Of a DNA stretch of 64,000 bases, positions 12,451 through 24,955 are shown piece after piece (position 1 is the first letter of the stretch; every line of letters starts with the position of its first letter). Origin of the DNA: Macrostomum lignano. Taxonomy: Eukaryota. The stretch spans positions 248,001 to 312,000 of the forward strand of contig NIVC01000636.1 of assembly GCA_002269645.1 (NCBI GenBank), in the 5' to 3' direction. The translations under genes were made by a program, and so were the position numbers. The notes under the pieces were generated by a model that made no database searches, was not told the DNA's origin, and worked only from the letters and a program-made list of their open reading frames with translations.

Positions 12451-12959
12451 AATCGAGAAGACTTCTAGCAGCATGCATCGCAGGGGCCAGCTAGACATGA
12501 ATTGTTAATCGACAAAAACGCTCTACCCGCTATCCAGAAGCTGGCGGGGTTCGACGCACGCAGCCTTCACAGATCTGTGCATCGCTCAGTGCCGCTCCCA
12601 AGGCCTGCTATGTTCTCTTCTATCGGTACTGTATACTCCTGTCTTCTGCTTCCTTCGCCCAGATTTCTGCTTTCAATAACCAGCCGTCCTGCCGGCCCAC
12701 CGGGTGCAGGGCTGGCCAGAGGCACAAAGATGAAAGAAGAGCGGCCTCGGATTTGCAAAGGCAAAGCCTCCTCTGCCTCTTCCTGACTGAGCAGAGGGAA
12801 ATGCAGCGAGCAGCGGATCAGAGGCAGCCAACTGGCTCTCTGTGCGGCCCTTTGGCTCGGATTTAAATATCACTATAATGGCTTTGAAGGGAGCCCTCGT
12901 GGGGACAGACTTTTGTTAGGGGCACAGGAATTTCTTATTTACTTTTGGCATGTTTGCTG

Positions 12960-13410
12960 CAAACGGCAGCAGGAAGGGCTCTGATTGGCTGGGCGTATTT
13001 CCATAGACTGCAGAAGGAAGAGCTCTGATTGGCTGGGCGTTTTTTCATAGACTGCAGAAGGAAGAGCTCTGATTGGCTGGGCGTATTTCCATAGACTGCA
13101 GAAGGAAGAGCTCTGATTGGCTGGACGTATTTTCATAGACTGCAACGGGAAGGGCTCTGATTGGCTGGGTGTATTTCCATAGACTGCAACAGGAAGGGCT
13201 CTGATTGGCTGGGCGTATTTCCATAGACTGCAGAAGGAAGAGCTCTGATTGGCTGGGCGTATTTCACCATAGACTGCATCAAGAAGGGCTCTGATTGGCT
13301 GGGCGTATTTCACCATAGACTACAGCAGAAAGGGCTCTGATTGGCTGTGTATATTACACAATAGACTGCAGCAGGAAGAGCTCTGATTGGCTGGGCGCAT
13401 TTCACCATAG
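12960..13410. repeat. ~44-nt tandem repeat carrying 10 consensus CCAAT/NF-Y boxes (CAGCCAATCAGAG on the minus strand)
   Basis: CTCTGATTGGCTG counted 10 times between 12979 and 13393. Confidence 0.9.
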
Positions 13411-13817
13411 GATACAGGAATTCGTTTTTTGCTTGGCTGATTTGCAGTGAAAAAATTGTCAAAGTAACGCGGGGACATCAGTAGTTCATATTTTATATAT
13501 TTGAACAGTCGCTATTGTACGTAAAAATATCGATTTTTCAAAACGTTTCGTTTTTAATTGCCGCTGCATCGTGACTTGGGTAATTATGCAGAAAAGCAAC
13601 ATTGCGCAGGCATGCGAATGCAGGGTACAGTACGGATTAACGCAGTGACTGGGCGAGTTTTCATAGCTCTGCTCTCATCAGCGCCTAAAACTAGAGTGTC
13701 AGCTGTGGTTCATTGATCAGAAAAGTCCTTCGATGTTGAAAATCGAAATGGCCGGAAGTGAACGTGCAACCCAGGTTGATTCTCCGTCTTGCCTGTGGTA
13801 GGTTTTTACCTCAGCCA

Positions 13818-16800
13818 TCAGTGATGATGGTGCAGCTCCACCCCCAGCGGGTGCCACACTGTGTGTGTCTGGTAGGGCATCTTGATGGCCGCCTCCCAGT
13901 GCGTCCACCGCTCCCCGCTGCACTTGTTGCCGAGCCGCAGGGCGCCTGGGATTGCGAAGGTGCGGGGAATTCGCGTTCGATTTCTGGTGTACACAGCCCC
14001 CCCCAACTGCACACTGACACACACTGCCCCAGGTGTACACAGCCCCCCTGCACACTGACACACTCTGCCCCAGGTGTACACAGCCCCCTGCACACTGACA
14101 CACTCTGCCCCAGGTGTACACAGCCCCCTGCACACTGACACACTCTGCCCCAGTTGTAAACAGCCCCCCCCCTGCACACTGACACACTCTGCCCCAGGTG
14201 TACACAGCCCCCTGCACACTGACACACTCTGCCCCAGGTGTACACAGCCCCCCCCCTGCACACTGACACACTCTGCCCCAGGTGTACACAGCCCCCTGCA
14301 CACTGACACACTCTGCCCCAGGTGTACACAGTCCCCCCCTGCACACTGACACACTCTGCCCCAGGTGTACACAGCCCCCCCCCCTGCACACTGACACACT
14401 CTGCCCCAGGTGTACACAGCCCCCTGCACACTGACACACTCTGCCCCAGGTGTACCCAGCCCCCCCTGCACACTGACACACTCTGCCCCAGGTGTACACA
14501 GCCCCCCCCCCTGCACACTGACACACTCTGCCCCAGGTGTACACAGTCCCCCCCCTGCACACTGACACACTGCCCCAGGTGTACACAGCCCCCCCCCCTG
14601 CACACTGACACACTCTGCCCCAGGTGTACAAAGTCCCCCCTGCACACTGACACACTCTGCCCCAGGTGTACACAGCCCCCCCCTGCACACTGACATACTC
14701 TGCCCCAGGTGTACACAGCCCCCCCCCTGCACACTGACACACTCTGCCCCAGGTGTAAACAGCCCCCCCTGCACACTGACACACTCTGCCCCAGGTGTAC
14801 ACAGCCCCCTGCACACTGACACACTCTGCCCCAGGTGTACACAGCCCCCCCCTGCACACTGACACACTCTGCCCCAGGTGTACACAGCCCCCTGCACACT
14901 GACACACTCTGCCCCAGGTGTACACAGCCCCCCCCTGCACACTGACACACTCTGCCCCAGGTGTACACAGCCCCCCTGCACACTGACATACTCTGCCCCA
15001 GGTGTACACAGCCCCCCCTGCACACTGACACACTCTGCCCCAGGTGTACAAAGTCCCCCCTGCACACTGACACACTCTGCCCCAGGTGTACACAGCCCCC
15101 TGCACACTGACACACTCTGCCCCAGGTGTAAACAGCCCCCCCTGCACACTGACATACTCTGCCCCAGGTGTACACAGCCCCCTGCACACTGACACACTCT
15201 GCCCCAGGTGTAAACAGCCCCCCCTGCACACTGACATACTCTGCCCCAGGTGTACACAGCCCCCCTGCACACTGACATACTCTGCCCCAGGTGTACACAG
15301 CCCCAGGTGCACGCAGCCCCAGGTGTACACAGCCCCAGGTGCACACACCCCCTGCCCTGACTCACCGATAAAGTCATTCTTGGCGCCGAAGTCTTTGTCC
15401 CACACGGTGATCTCCAGGGTCTTCAACGGCAGCTCCTGAGGCGACACGCTGAACAGGAAATCCTGCGGGAGAGTGAACGAGCCAGCTAGTGATTACTGAT
15501 GAGCACCCGGACTCAAATCTCAGATCACGGCGGGGTACCTCATTGAACTCCGGGTTCAGGGTTTTCTTCTTGACGGCAGTTTTGAATTTCCCGTTCCGGT
15601 TGCGGTCGGGCCGGAGGAACCTGCGGAGGCGCGGGCGGGCTGTGCAAAGTAGGGCAGCAAGCTTTGTTTCTAAGAAAGTTTTTGAAGGCAGGATTTACGC
15701 GAAAAAGCAGATTGCCTTTTCTAGCTACGCTTTTGAAAATTGAAGGCTTCAACTTTTAGTTACAGAGAGGAAGGCGCGTCAACAGCTGCCTGACATGCCC
15801 GGCAATAATTAAGAAGGAGCAGACAGCGCTGCAATGCAGATGCAGGGTCGCTTCCTCAAGCCCAAAAAGTCTGGCTCAAAACTTCACGACACCCACTTTG
15901 TGAACTGGCCCTGGAGTCTGCGTATGCAGAGAAGCTAAAGAAATACTTTAGTGGGCCTCAGATGGCGGCTTGTGTGCGCATCGGGGCGCGGCCCATCAGC
16001 GCGAATCGCCCAGCTCACTGAAACAGCTGGTAAGATGCCTGCTTTGCATTCCTGCCGCGAATTCCAGCTGCCCTTTTCTCGAGGATGAGGCGGAGAGGCT
16101 CCGTCTCCTCACTCTCTCTTTACCCGCCTCCGTGTCGCGGTCAAAGCTTGGAGGCATGCGGGCGGCATCGCCCCTGCCCCCTGCGCCCTTCCCCTGCCAT
16201 CTTCCCCTGCCCCCCCTGCCATCTTCCCCTGCCCCCTGGCATCTTCCCCTGCCCCCCCTGCCCCTTCCCCTGCCATATTCCCCTGCCCCCTGCCCCTTCC
16301 CCTGCCATCTTCCCCTGCCCCCTGCCCCTTCCCCTGCCATCTTCCCCTGTCCCTGCCCCCTTCCCCTGGCATCTTCCCCTGCCCCCTGCCCCCTTCCCCT
16401 GCCATCTTCCCCTGCCCCCCTGCCATCTTCCCCTGCCCCCTGGCATCTTCCCCTGCCCCCCTGCCCCCTTCCCCTGCCATCTTCCCCTGCCCCTGCCCCT
16501 TCCCCTGCCATATTCCCCTGCCCCTGCCCCTTCCCCTGCCATCTTCCCCTGCCCCCTTCCCCTACCATCTTGCCCTGCCCCCTTCCCCTGCCATCTTCCC
16601 CTGCCCCCTTCCCCAACCATCTTCCCCTGCCCCTTCCCCTGCCATCTTCCCCTGCCCCCTGCCCCCTCCGAGTCCCTAACGAGGCGGCGCGGTACTCACA
16701 GCTTCACGAAGGGGTCGCTGTAGCCGTTGGGGTCCATGGCCAGCAGGCCCACGCACTGGATGACCTTCACAGTCAGCTCGCTCTTGGCCGGTGCATAAAA

Positions 16801-19800
16801 CAGGCCGATCTGGATCTTGCCGCGGTCGCAGGCCTGCGCGGTGAGCGACTTCTCCAGCTCCTGCCAGGCGTGGGTGGGGGGGCTTGCATCTCATTGCTTT
16901 TCTCCCTGCAACCCAATTTGCTCCCTTCTGTTTTTTGTCCCACTTTCACCAGGGAGATGGTCGTCTGGAGCGGAGCGCCTTCGCCACCCATTTAATAACT
17001 ATAAAGTGATAAATTGGATCTCAACAGTTCGAATCACAATTTTTATCGAGGAAAACTCTGAATTTGTCAAAATTCCCTGCATCCCTGCATCCCTGCATCC
17101 CTGCATCCCTGCATCCCTGCATCCCTGCATCCCTGCATCCCTGTATCCCTGCATTCCTGCATCCCTGCATCCCTGCATCCCTGCATCCCTGCATCCCTGC
17201 ATCCCTGCATCCCTGCATCCCTGCATCCCTGCATCCCTGCATCCCTGTATCCCTGCATTCCTGCATCCCTGCATCCCTGCATCCCTGCATCCCTGCATCC
17301 CTGTATCCCTGCATTCCTGCATTACTTCATTGCTGTATCCCTGCATCCCTGCATCCCTGCATCCCTGCATCCCTGCATCCCTGCATCCCTGCATCCCTGC
17401 ATCCCTGTATCCCTGTATTCCTGCATTACTTCATTGCTGTATCCCTGCATCCCTGCATCCCTGCATCCCTGCATCCCTGCATCCCTGCATCCCTGCATCC
17501 CTGCATCCCTGCATCCCTGCATCCCTGCATCCCTGCATTCCTGCATTACTTCATTGCTGTGTCCCTGAATCCCTGCATCCCTGCATCCCTGCATCCCTGC
17601 ATCCCTGCATCCCTGCATCCCTGCATCCCTGCATCCCTGCATTCCTGCATTACTTCATTGTTGTATCCCTGCATCCCTGCATCCCTGCATCCCTGCATCT
17701 CTGCATTCCTGCATTACTTCATTGCTGTGTCCCTGCATCCCTGCATCTCTGCATTCCTGCATTACTTCATTGCTGTGTCCCTGCATCCCTGCATCCCTGC
17801 ATCATATTTTTGCTAGTTTTCGCTCCAACTCTACACAATTTTCCAGTCAGAGACTCGGGCTGCAAGGCCGGATCGGTGCGGAGGCGGCCGGACTCTTAGC
17901 CGCTAAAAATAAGAGGACTTGGCCGGGGAGAAAGTTAAGAACTCACACCGACTTCTTCAGCCAAGAAGAAATCCCACAAGCTCAGTCAGGCAGTGGATAC
18001 ATATGGGGGGCTGTTTCCCTACTAACACAGCCAAGGACCGCGACCGATTCCCCCAGGCGAGAGCTGGGCCGGATGCCGGGCCGCTCTCTGATTCGAGGGG
18101 CAAATTCATCGATTGGGTCGGAGAGTGCAGGCGGCTGAGATGAGGCGGGGGGAAGAAACGAATGAAATAGTGGGGGAGAAAGGATGGGAACAGAGAGATG
18201 AGTGACAGAAGAGACAGGGGAGGGAAAGAAAATAGAAAGACCAGGGCGTGAGAGCGAGACAACAGTGAGACAGGAGAGATTAGGGTGAAACAGGAGAGAT
18301 TAGAGTGAGATGGGAGGATTAGAGTGAAACACGAGAGATTAGAGTGAGATGGGAGAGATTAGAGTGAAACAGGAGAGATTAGAGTGAAACAGGAGAGATT
18401 AGATTGAGACAGGAGAGAGTAGATTGAGACAGGAGAGATTAGAGTGAGATAGGAGAGAGTAGATTGAAACAGAAGAGATTAGAGTGAGATAGGAGAGATT
18501 AGAGTGAGACAGGAGAGATTAGATTAAGACAGGAGAGATTAGAGTGAAACAGGAGAGATTAGAGTAAGACAGGAGAGATTAGATTGAGACAGGAGAGATT
18601 AGATTGAAACAGAAGAGATTAGAGTAAGACAGGAGAGATTAGAGTGCGATATGAGAGATTAAAGTGAGACAGGAGAGATTAGATTGAGACAGGAGAGATT
18701 AGATTGAAACAGGAGAGATTAGAGTGAGATAGGAGAGATTAGAGTGAGACAGGAGAGATAAGATTGCTCAAAGAAACCCCGCAGCAACGAGAGTGAGATG
18801 AGAGTGGGCGCTGCCGGTCTGCCTGCACCGGAAGCTGAGCAGTGAGTCCCAGCTCAGCCAGCGCCATCTGTGCAGCCGCATCCCCCCAGGGCTACCTCAT
18901 TCTTGGGCTGCAGGTGAACAGCGTAGCACTCCTTCCGGCCGTGGGCCAGCTGCCTGAGGGGGAACACGACCTCCCCCATCCAGTCGTAGCCGATGGTGTC
19001 CTCGTCCAGCACCGTGAGCCTGCGGGTCGGCGGAATTGTCGCGAGGGAGGTGAGAGGAAGTTTCTTCGTGATGAAGATTGTGAGGCTGAATCCCCGTCGC
19101 GTACTTTTGAATCCCAAATAAAGATAAGTTAAAGAGAGTCTCGGAGCTCAAAGTCGATAAATGCACTGGATGACCCAGCCTGGTGCTGCGAACTGATCAT
19201 CTGTTTGATCACTGGCTGCGCACTGGGGGGGTAGAGAATCTATTAGATAACTGGATTAGTGGTCCATGGACTGCTTTAGCGATGCGTGGACTTTCAGGCA
19301 ATTCTGATTGCAAATCCGTGAATAATATAGCGACTCATGATCTTTGTTACGGCTAGTCTTGCAATCCATGAACTAGTCTTGCAATCCATGAACTAGACTC
19401 GCAATCCATGAACTAGACTCGCAATCCATGAACTAGTCTTGCAATCCATGAACTAGACTCGCAATCCATGAACTAGACTCGCAATCCATGAACTAGTCTT
19501 GCAATCCATGAACTAGACTCGCAATCCATGAACTAGTCTAGCAATCCATGAACTAGATTAGCAATCCATGAACTAGATTAGCAATCCATGAACTAGATTA
19601 GCAATCCATGAACTAGACTCGCAATCCATGAACTAGTCTTGCAATCCATGAACTAGACTCGCAATCCATGAACTAGTCTAGCAATCCATGAACTAGATTA
19701 GCAATCCATGAACTAGATTAGCAATCCATGAACTAGATTAGCAATCCATGAACTAGACTCGCAATCCATGAACTAGTCTTGCAATCCATGAACTAGACTC

Positions 19801-20521
19801 GCAATCCATGAACTAGTCTAGCAATCCATGAACTAGATTAGCAATCCATGAACTAGATTAGCAATCCATGAACTAGATTAGCAATCCTTGAACTAAATTA
19901 GCAATCCTTGAACTAGTCTAGCAATCCATGAACTAAATTAGCAATCCTTGAGCTAGATTAGCAATCCTTGAGCTAGATTAGCAATCCTTGAACTAGACTC
20001 GCAATCCCTGAACTGGACCATCATCCATGGGCAGTATTAGCCAGCAGAGCTCGCATGAACTCGCTGGAGCGCCCCGGCCCCGTCCGCCTGCCTCAAGTTC
20101 TTCTTCTCCAGGTCTGCGGGCAGGACGCCGCTGTAGCAGAACTCCTCGTCCCAGATGGGGCTGAGCGTCCGGTGGCAGGTGCGGGTGCGCAGCTTGGTGC
20201 CCTTGCCCGTGTCCGGCAGCAGGTGGATCTTCACGTACGGATCGGACAGCCCGTTCGAGTCCTGGGCCGTCATGCCGGTGCCTTTGATGATGCGGATGTA
20301 CAGTGCCGAGTTCGCGATCAGGTACTGCAGGGCGAAGTGCACCTGGCCCAGCTGCCGGTTAGGAAAATGCGACTCCAGCTTCATCCGCTGCAACTCCTGC
20401 AGTTGCTGCTGCTGTTGTTGCAGCTCTTGCTGCTCCTGCTGCTCCTGCTGCTGCAGCTGCGCCTCGTCGGGAGTTTGCGTGTATTCCGAGATCGACTCCT
20501 TCTTGACGGACTTGGCTGACG
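13818..20521 (-). CDS. RPH3A/DOC2: Rabphilin-3A/DOC2-family tandem C2-domain Ca2+ sensor (C2A + C2B), six confident exons
   Basis: Exons 20521-20092, 19019-18896, 16860-16700, 15620-15539, 15462-15366 and 13945-13818, all phase-compatible. C2A: DSNGLSDPYVKIHLLP, KLRTRT, VLDEDTIGYDWMGE. C2B: MDPNGYSDPFVKL, KFKTAVKKKTLNPEFNE, WDKDFGAKNDFIG. Rabphilin/DOC2-type tail GERWTHW...VWHPL. Poly-Q linker before C2A. The 20091-19020 intron appears to be GC-AG. Confidence 0.9.
13985..15345. repeat. Intronic ~40-nt tandem repeat (CACACTGACACACTCTGCCCCAGGTGTACACAGCCCCCCTG) with variable C-run length
   Basis: Fills nearly all of intron 13946-15365. Confidence 0.95.
16160..16670. repeat. Intronic C-rich low-complexity repeat (CTTCCCCTGCCCCCTGCCAT variants)
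   Basis: Read directly. G-rich on the transcribed minus strand. Confidence 0.93.
17073..17800. repeat. Intronic 8-nt tandem repeat (ATCCCTGC)n with a higher-order TTACTTCATTGCTGT interruption
   Basis: Read directly. Confidence 0.95.
18280..18765. repeat. Intronic 20-nt tandem repeat (GGAGAGATTAGAGTGARACA)
   Basis: About 24 copies. Confidence 0.93.
19355..20010. repeat. Intronic 20-nt tandem repeat (GCAATCCATGAACTAGATTA and variants)
   Basis: About 32 copies inside the GC-AG intron. Confidence 0.95.
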
Positions 20522-20544
20522 CTGTGGGTGTTGGGTTTCAGGTC

Positions 20545-21470
20545 TATTCAGGTCGAGGTCAATTCGGGTCGAGGTCAATTCGGGTCGAGGTCAACTGGGG
20601 TCGGGGTCAATTCGGGTCGAGGTCAATTCGGGTCGAGGTCAACTGGGGTCGGGGTCAATTCGGGTCGAGGTCAATTGGGTCGAGGTCAATTGGGGTCGAG
20701 GTCGATTCGGATCGAGGTCAATTCGGGTCGAGGTCAATTCAGGTCGAGGTCAACTCTGGTCGAGGTCAATTCGGGTCAAGGTTAATTCGGTCGAGGTCAA
20801 TTGGGGTCGAGGTCGATTCGGATCGAGGTCAATTCGGGTCGAGGTCAATTCAGGTCGAGGTCAACTCTGGTCGAGGTCAATTCGGGTCAAGGTTAATTCG
20901 GGTCGAGTTCAATTCGGGTCGAGGTCAATTCAGGTCGAGGTCAATTCGGGTCGAGGTCAACTCTGGTCGAGGTCAATTCGGGTCGAGGTCAACTGGGGTC
21001 GAGGTCAATTAGGTCGAGGTCAATTCAGGTCGAGGTCAACTCTGGTCGAGGTCAATTCGGCTCGAGGTCAATTCAGGTCGAGGTCAATTCAGGTCGAGGT
21101 CAACTCTGGTCGAGGTCAATTCGGCTCGAGGTCAATTCGGCTCGAGGTCAATTCAGGTCAAGGTCAATTCAGGTCGAGGTCAACTCTGGTCGAGGTCAAT
21201 TCGGGTCGAGGTTAATTCGGGTAGAGTTCAATTCGGGTCGAGGTCAATTCAGGTCGAGGTCAATTCGGGTCGAGGTCAACTCTGGTCGAGGTCAATTCGG
21301 GTCGAGGTCAACTGGGGTCGAGGTCAATTGGGTCGATGTCAATTGGGTCGAGGTCAATTCGGGTCGAGGTCAATTCGGGTCAAGGTCAATTCGGGTCGAG
21401 GTCAATTGGGGTCGAGGTAAATTCGGGTTGAGGTCAATTCGGGTCAAGGTCAATTCGGGTCGAGGTCAAT
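20545..21470. repeat. Intronic 15-16-nt tandem repeat (GGTCGAGGTCAATTCG) rich in AGGTCA half-sites
   Basis: Read directly, roughly 55-60 units. Confidence 0.93.
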
Positions 21471-21541
21471 CCAGTCGGTGCCAAATCAAGTCAGGTGCTG
21501 AGCAATCGCCACTCTATTTCAGCTTCATCAAAACGGCTCAC

Positions 21542-21685
21542 ACTTTCGTGACAAAGACTTGGCCGCCAGCTCCTCGGCCGCCTCTTTGCGAGCGGGCTCC
21601 GGCGGCTCCCCTGCGTCAGTCGCTCCGTAGTTCGTGTAGCCGCCCGCGGGCTGCCGACTGCCGCCCACTGCTGCTCGCGCCGGGC
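21542..21685 (-). CDS. Probable upstream coding exon of the rabphilin/DOC2-like gene
   Basis: CAG| acceptor and |GTGAGC donor, 144 nt, phase 1-1, open (GPARAAVGGSRQPAGGYTNYGATDAGEPPEPARKEAAEELAAKSLSRK). Splices in frame to the exon at 20521. No homology recognised. Confidence 0.5.
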
Positions 21686-22654
21686 CTGCGGATGGCGGGC
21701 GGAGTCTGTGCGAGTGGGGCTTCCCAAAGTGCCTGACGTCATTTAGTCCGGAACTTAGTCTGCAGATGTGGAGACTCGCGAGAGCCGGTGAGAGGGCAGC
21801 GACTTGCGGGCTGAGTTTCTCCTCTGCAAAAGCCGCTGGGAGACTCGGATTCTCCTCCAGGGGACTCCGCAAGCCTCCCTGATCAGGCCGTCTGCCCCGC
21901 CCTCGCGGCCTGGGAGCCCCGCGCCCGCCACCTGCTGGTTCGCTACTCCCTGACCAGCAATATCTGCTCCCGACTGCCCTGCTCTAGAAGTTTTCCCCGT
22001 AGTTTCCCCTCCCTCCTGCGCTCGCTCCCTGAGGACTTTTTGCTTGCTAGGCTTCCATCGGCTCCCTCTCAGCGCCCCCCCCCCCCCGAGTTCGTTAGTC
22101 AGGCAGCTCAGGCAGCCGCCGCGAGTTTCGAGCAGACAAGGAGGATATTTTTGTGCAGAGGCGGCCCCTCATCCGCAGCTGCAGCCGCAGCAAGCCGCTC
22201 CCGGTTCCAGCGGCTGAAAAATATAAATCCCAACCCCCGCTTCCCTACAGAGACTCCCAGGGGATTTCGGCTCAGCCATGCGGCTGGGACTCCTCTCCGC
22301 CAAGACGCTTCACGCACTGCGGGGCCGCCCGGACCGGAGGTGCGCGGCTGACGGTGAAAGATTGGCGGCGGGCAGGCAGGAAGCTGGCGGGAGCGCGGGA
22401 ATTAATTGAGAAGCTGAGGCTGCTCAGGAGAAAGTGGAGCTCAGAGCCGGCAGATGAATGCGGCAATGCCGGCCAGGTGGGGCTCAGCTCAGCTGGGGAG
22501 TCAGGAAAGGGGAGCCGCCCCGACAAGGCCTGAGCAGCGGCTTCAGGGCCGGGGAACACCTCCGAAAACTGCAGGACTGCCGCAGCCCTCTAGCGGTTAA
22601 ACAGCTGGCGTTAATCCTGCTGCGGGGTCTGGACCGCTCTGCCCCGCCTGCGAA

Positions 22655-22790
22655 TGGACTCTCATGTCCCTGCATAGGTGGACTCTCATGTCCCTGCATA
22701 GGTGGACTCTCATGTCCCTGCATAGGTGGACTCTCATGTCCCTGCATAAGTGGACTCTTATGTCCCTGCATAGGTGGACTCTCGTGTCTG
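22655..22790. repeat. 24-nt tandem repeat (GGACTCTCATGTCCCTGCATAGGT)
   Basis: About 5 copies. Confidence 0.9.
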
Positions 22791-22914
22791 CTTACTAACC
22801 GCGACCAACTCTGCTTAACTTGTCTCTGAACTCTTTCAACTTCTCTCAGAGATCATAAACGGTCTCCCGGGTCGGCAGTCACGTGACCAGTTTCCCTCCT
22901 CATCCCCAACGCAC

Positions 22915-23188
22915 CGCCGCTCGCCTTGGCGGCCTTCAGTGGCACGAATTTGTCGTCGTCTCCAGCCTCGCCGGCGCCGCTTCGGTGGCCGTCGGCGGCG
23001 AGCGCCGCGGCGGAGCAGCAGCTGCCCCTGGAGACGCGGCCGCTTCCGGCGCTGCCCCCGCTGCGACCTCCGCCTCCCCAGCGGCGCCGCGCGTCCGACC
23101 GGCGGAAGCGGCCAGCGAATTCGGCAAAGGTGGCGAGGGCGCCGGTCGGGCAGCAGTCGAGCAGCGCGCGGCTGGCCGCCGAACCCAT
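22915..23188 (-). CDS. Probable first (or second) coding exon of the rabphilin/DOC2-like gene, starting MGSAASRALLDCCPTG
   Basis: ATG at 23188 and G|GTGCGT phase-1 donor at 22915, compatible with the downstream phase-1 exons. NAGNAG acceptor 4-7 nt upstream of the ATG. Confidence 0.5.
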
Positions 23189-23899
23189 GCGGCTGCTGGT
23201 TGTTGAAGGTTCAAAAGCTTAAGGGCTGAAGGGCTGAAGGACTGAAACGTGGATGGATTGAGCTGTGGAACAGTAGAAGTTGTCTTGGCCAAAGAGGCGC
23301 CAAGCGCAGTTACAATCAATCTCCTAAAAGCCAAGATGTGCTGCAAAAAATGGGAGGGCTGAGACTCAAAGAAGAAGCCACGGGCAGCCAAGGTGCTCTT
23401 AAGCAGTGCTTTAGATGTGCCGAGATGCAGCGAAGAGGCTGGGGCTCCAGGGCGCGGCAGGCGGATTGGACCCCGGACTGCTGGGCGAATGGGCGAATAG
23501 AGAGCGAGAAGAGTTGAGCAGCTGAGCTGAGCAGGGGAACAGCGGGAGGCTTCGCTGATTGATTTTATTACCGCTGGAGAAGTCCCTCGCTGCTGGGAGT
23601 ACTAGCTCGAGCTCTTCAGCATCAATTCTCAGCATTCATACTCTGCGCCCCATCAGCTTAAGTTGCATTGAGTTCCCCAGCTTCACCGGAATCCATTATT
23701 AATCGATTGTATGGCCACCCCGTGGCGGGCTGTCGTTCTCATAATAATTTATAATTTACTCATTTAAGCCTGTTTTTCTACTGATAGTAGGATAGTGAAG
23801 ATGTTTTGCAAAAATTTATCATATCTGACCTATTTTCTTCGCGTCCTACAAACTTAATGTAGATCTCATGGTGCATGGAATCAACTTTGAGGAATGCTT

Positions 23900-24345
23900 A
23901 GTCTAGTAGTCCTTGGTCCACTGGATTAGTCTAGCAGTCCTTGGTTCAGTGGATTAGTCTAGCAGTCCTTGGTTCAGTGGATTTGTCTAGTAGTCCCTGG
24001 TTCAGTGGATTTGTCTAGTAGTCCCTGGTTCAGTGGATTAGTCTAGTAGTCCCTGGTTCAGTGGATTTATCTAGTAGTCCCTGGTTCAGTGGATTTGTCT
24101 AGCAGTCCTTGGTTCAGTGGATTAGTCTAGCAGTCCTTGAGTGGATTAGTCTAGTAGTCCTTGGTCCAGTGGATTAGTCTAGTAGTCCTTGGTCCTGTGG
24201 ATTAGTCCAGTAGTCCTTGGTCCTGTGGGTTAGTCTAGCAGTCCTTGAGTGGATTAGTCTAGTAGTCCTTGGTCCAGTGGATTAGTCTAGTAGTCCTTGG
24301 TCCTGTGGGTTAGTCTAGCAGTCCTTGGTACAGTGGATTTGTATA
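23900..24345. repeat. ~28-nt tandem repeat (AGTGGATTAGTCTAGTAGTCCTTGGTCC variants)
   Basis: Read directly. Confidence 0.9.
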
Positions 24346-24417
24346 GTAGTTTCTGGTTAAGCGATTTATTTTGGTTAAAAATTACCTCAAAACTTCTAAA
24401 TATGGCGTTGAAGGGGT

Positions 24418-24955
24418 GCCAATCTGTGTGTCAGGAGGCGCCAATCTGGGTGTCAGAGGTGCCAATCTGTGTGTCAGAGGTGCCAATCTGTGTGTCAGAG
24501 GTGCCAATCTGTGTGTCAGAGGTGCCAATCTGTGTGTCAGAGGTGCCAATCTGTGTGTCAGAGGTGCCAATCTGTGTGTCAGGAGGCGCCAATCTGTGTG
24601 TCAGGAGGCGCCAATCTGTGTGTCAGGAGGCGCCAATCTGGGTGTCAGAGGTGCCAATCTGTGTGTCAGGAGGCGCCAATCTGGGTGTCAGAGGTGCCAA
24701 TCTGGGTGTCAGGAGGCGCCAATCTGGGTGTCAGAGGTGCCAATCTGTGTGTCAGAGGTGCCAATCTGTGTGTCAGAGGTGCCAATCTGTGTGTCAGGAG
24801 GCGCCAATCTGGGTGTCAGAGGTGCCAATCTGTGTGTCAGAGGTGCCAATCTGTGTGTCAGAGGTGCCAATCTGTGTGTCAGAGGCGCCAATCTGTGTGT
24901 CAGAGGTGCCAATCTGTGTGTCAGGAGGCGCCAATCTGGGTGTCAGAGGTGCCAA
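24418..24955. repeat. 21-22-nt tandem repeat (GCCAATCTGTGTGTCAGAGGT)
   Basis: About 25 copies. Confidence 0.93.

Noticed and set aside
12663-12870. Possible terminal exon (ISAFNNQPSCRPTG...) after a pyrimidine-rich acceptor
   Set aside because: No upstream partner exon or homology could be identified. Too weak to call.
13717-15447. 500-570-aa Cys/Gly-rich minus-strand ORFs
   Set aside because: Intronic repeat read-through. Only the ends correspond to real DOC2-like exons.
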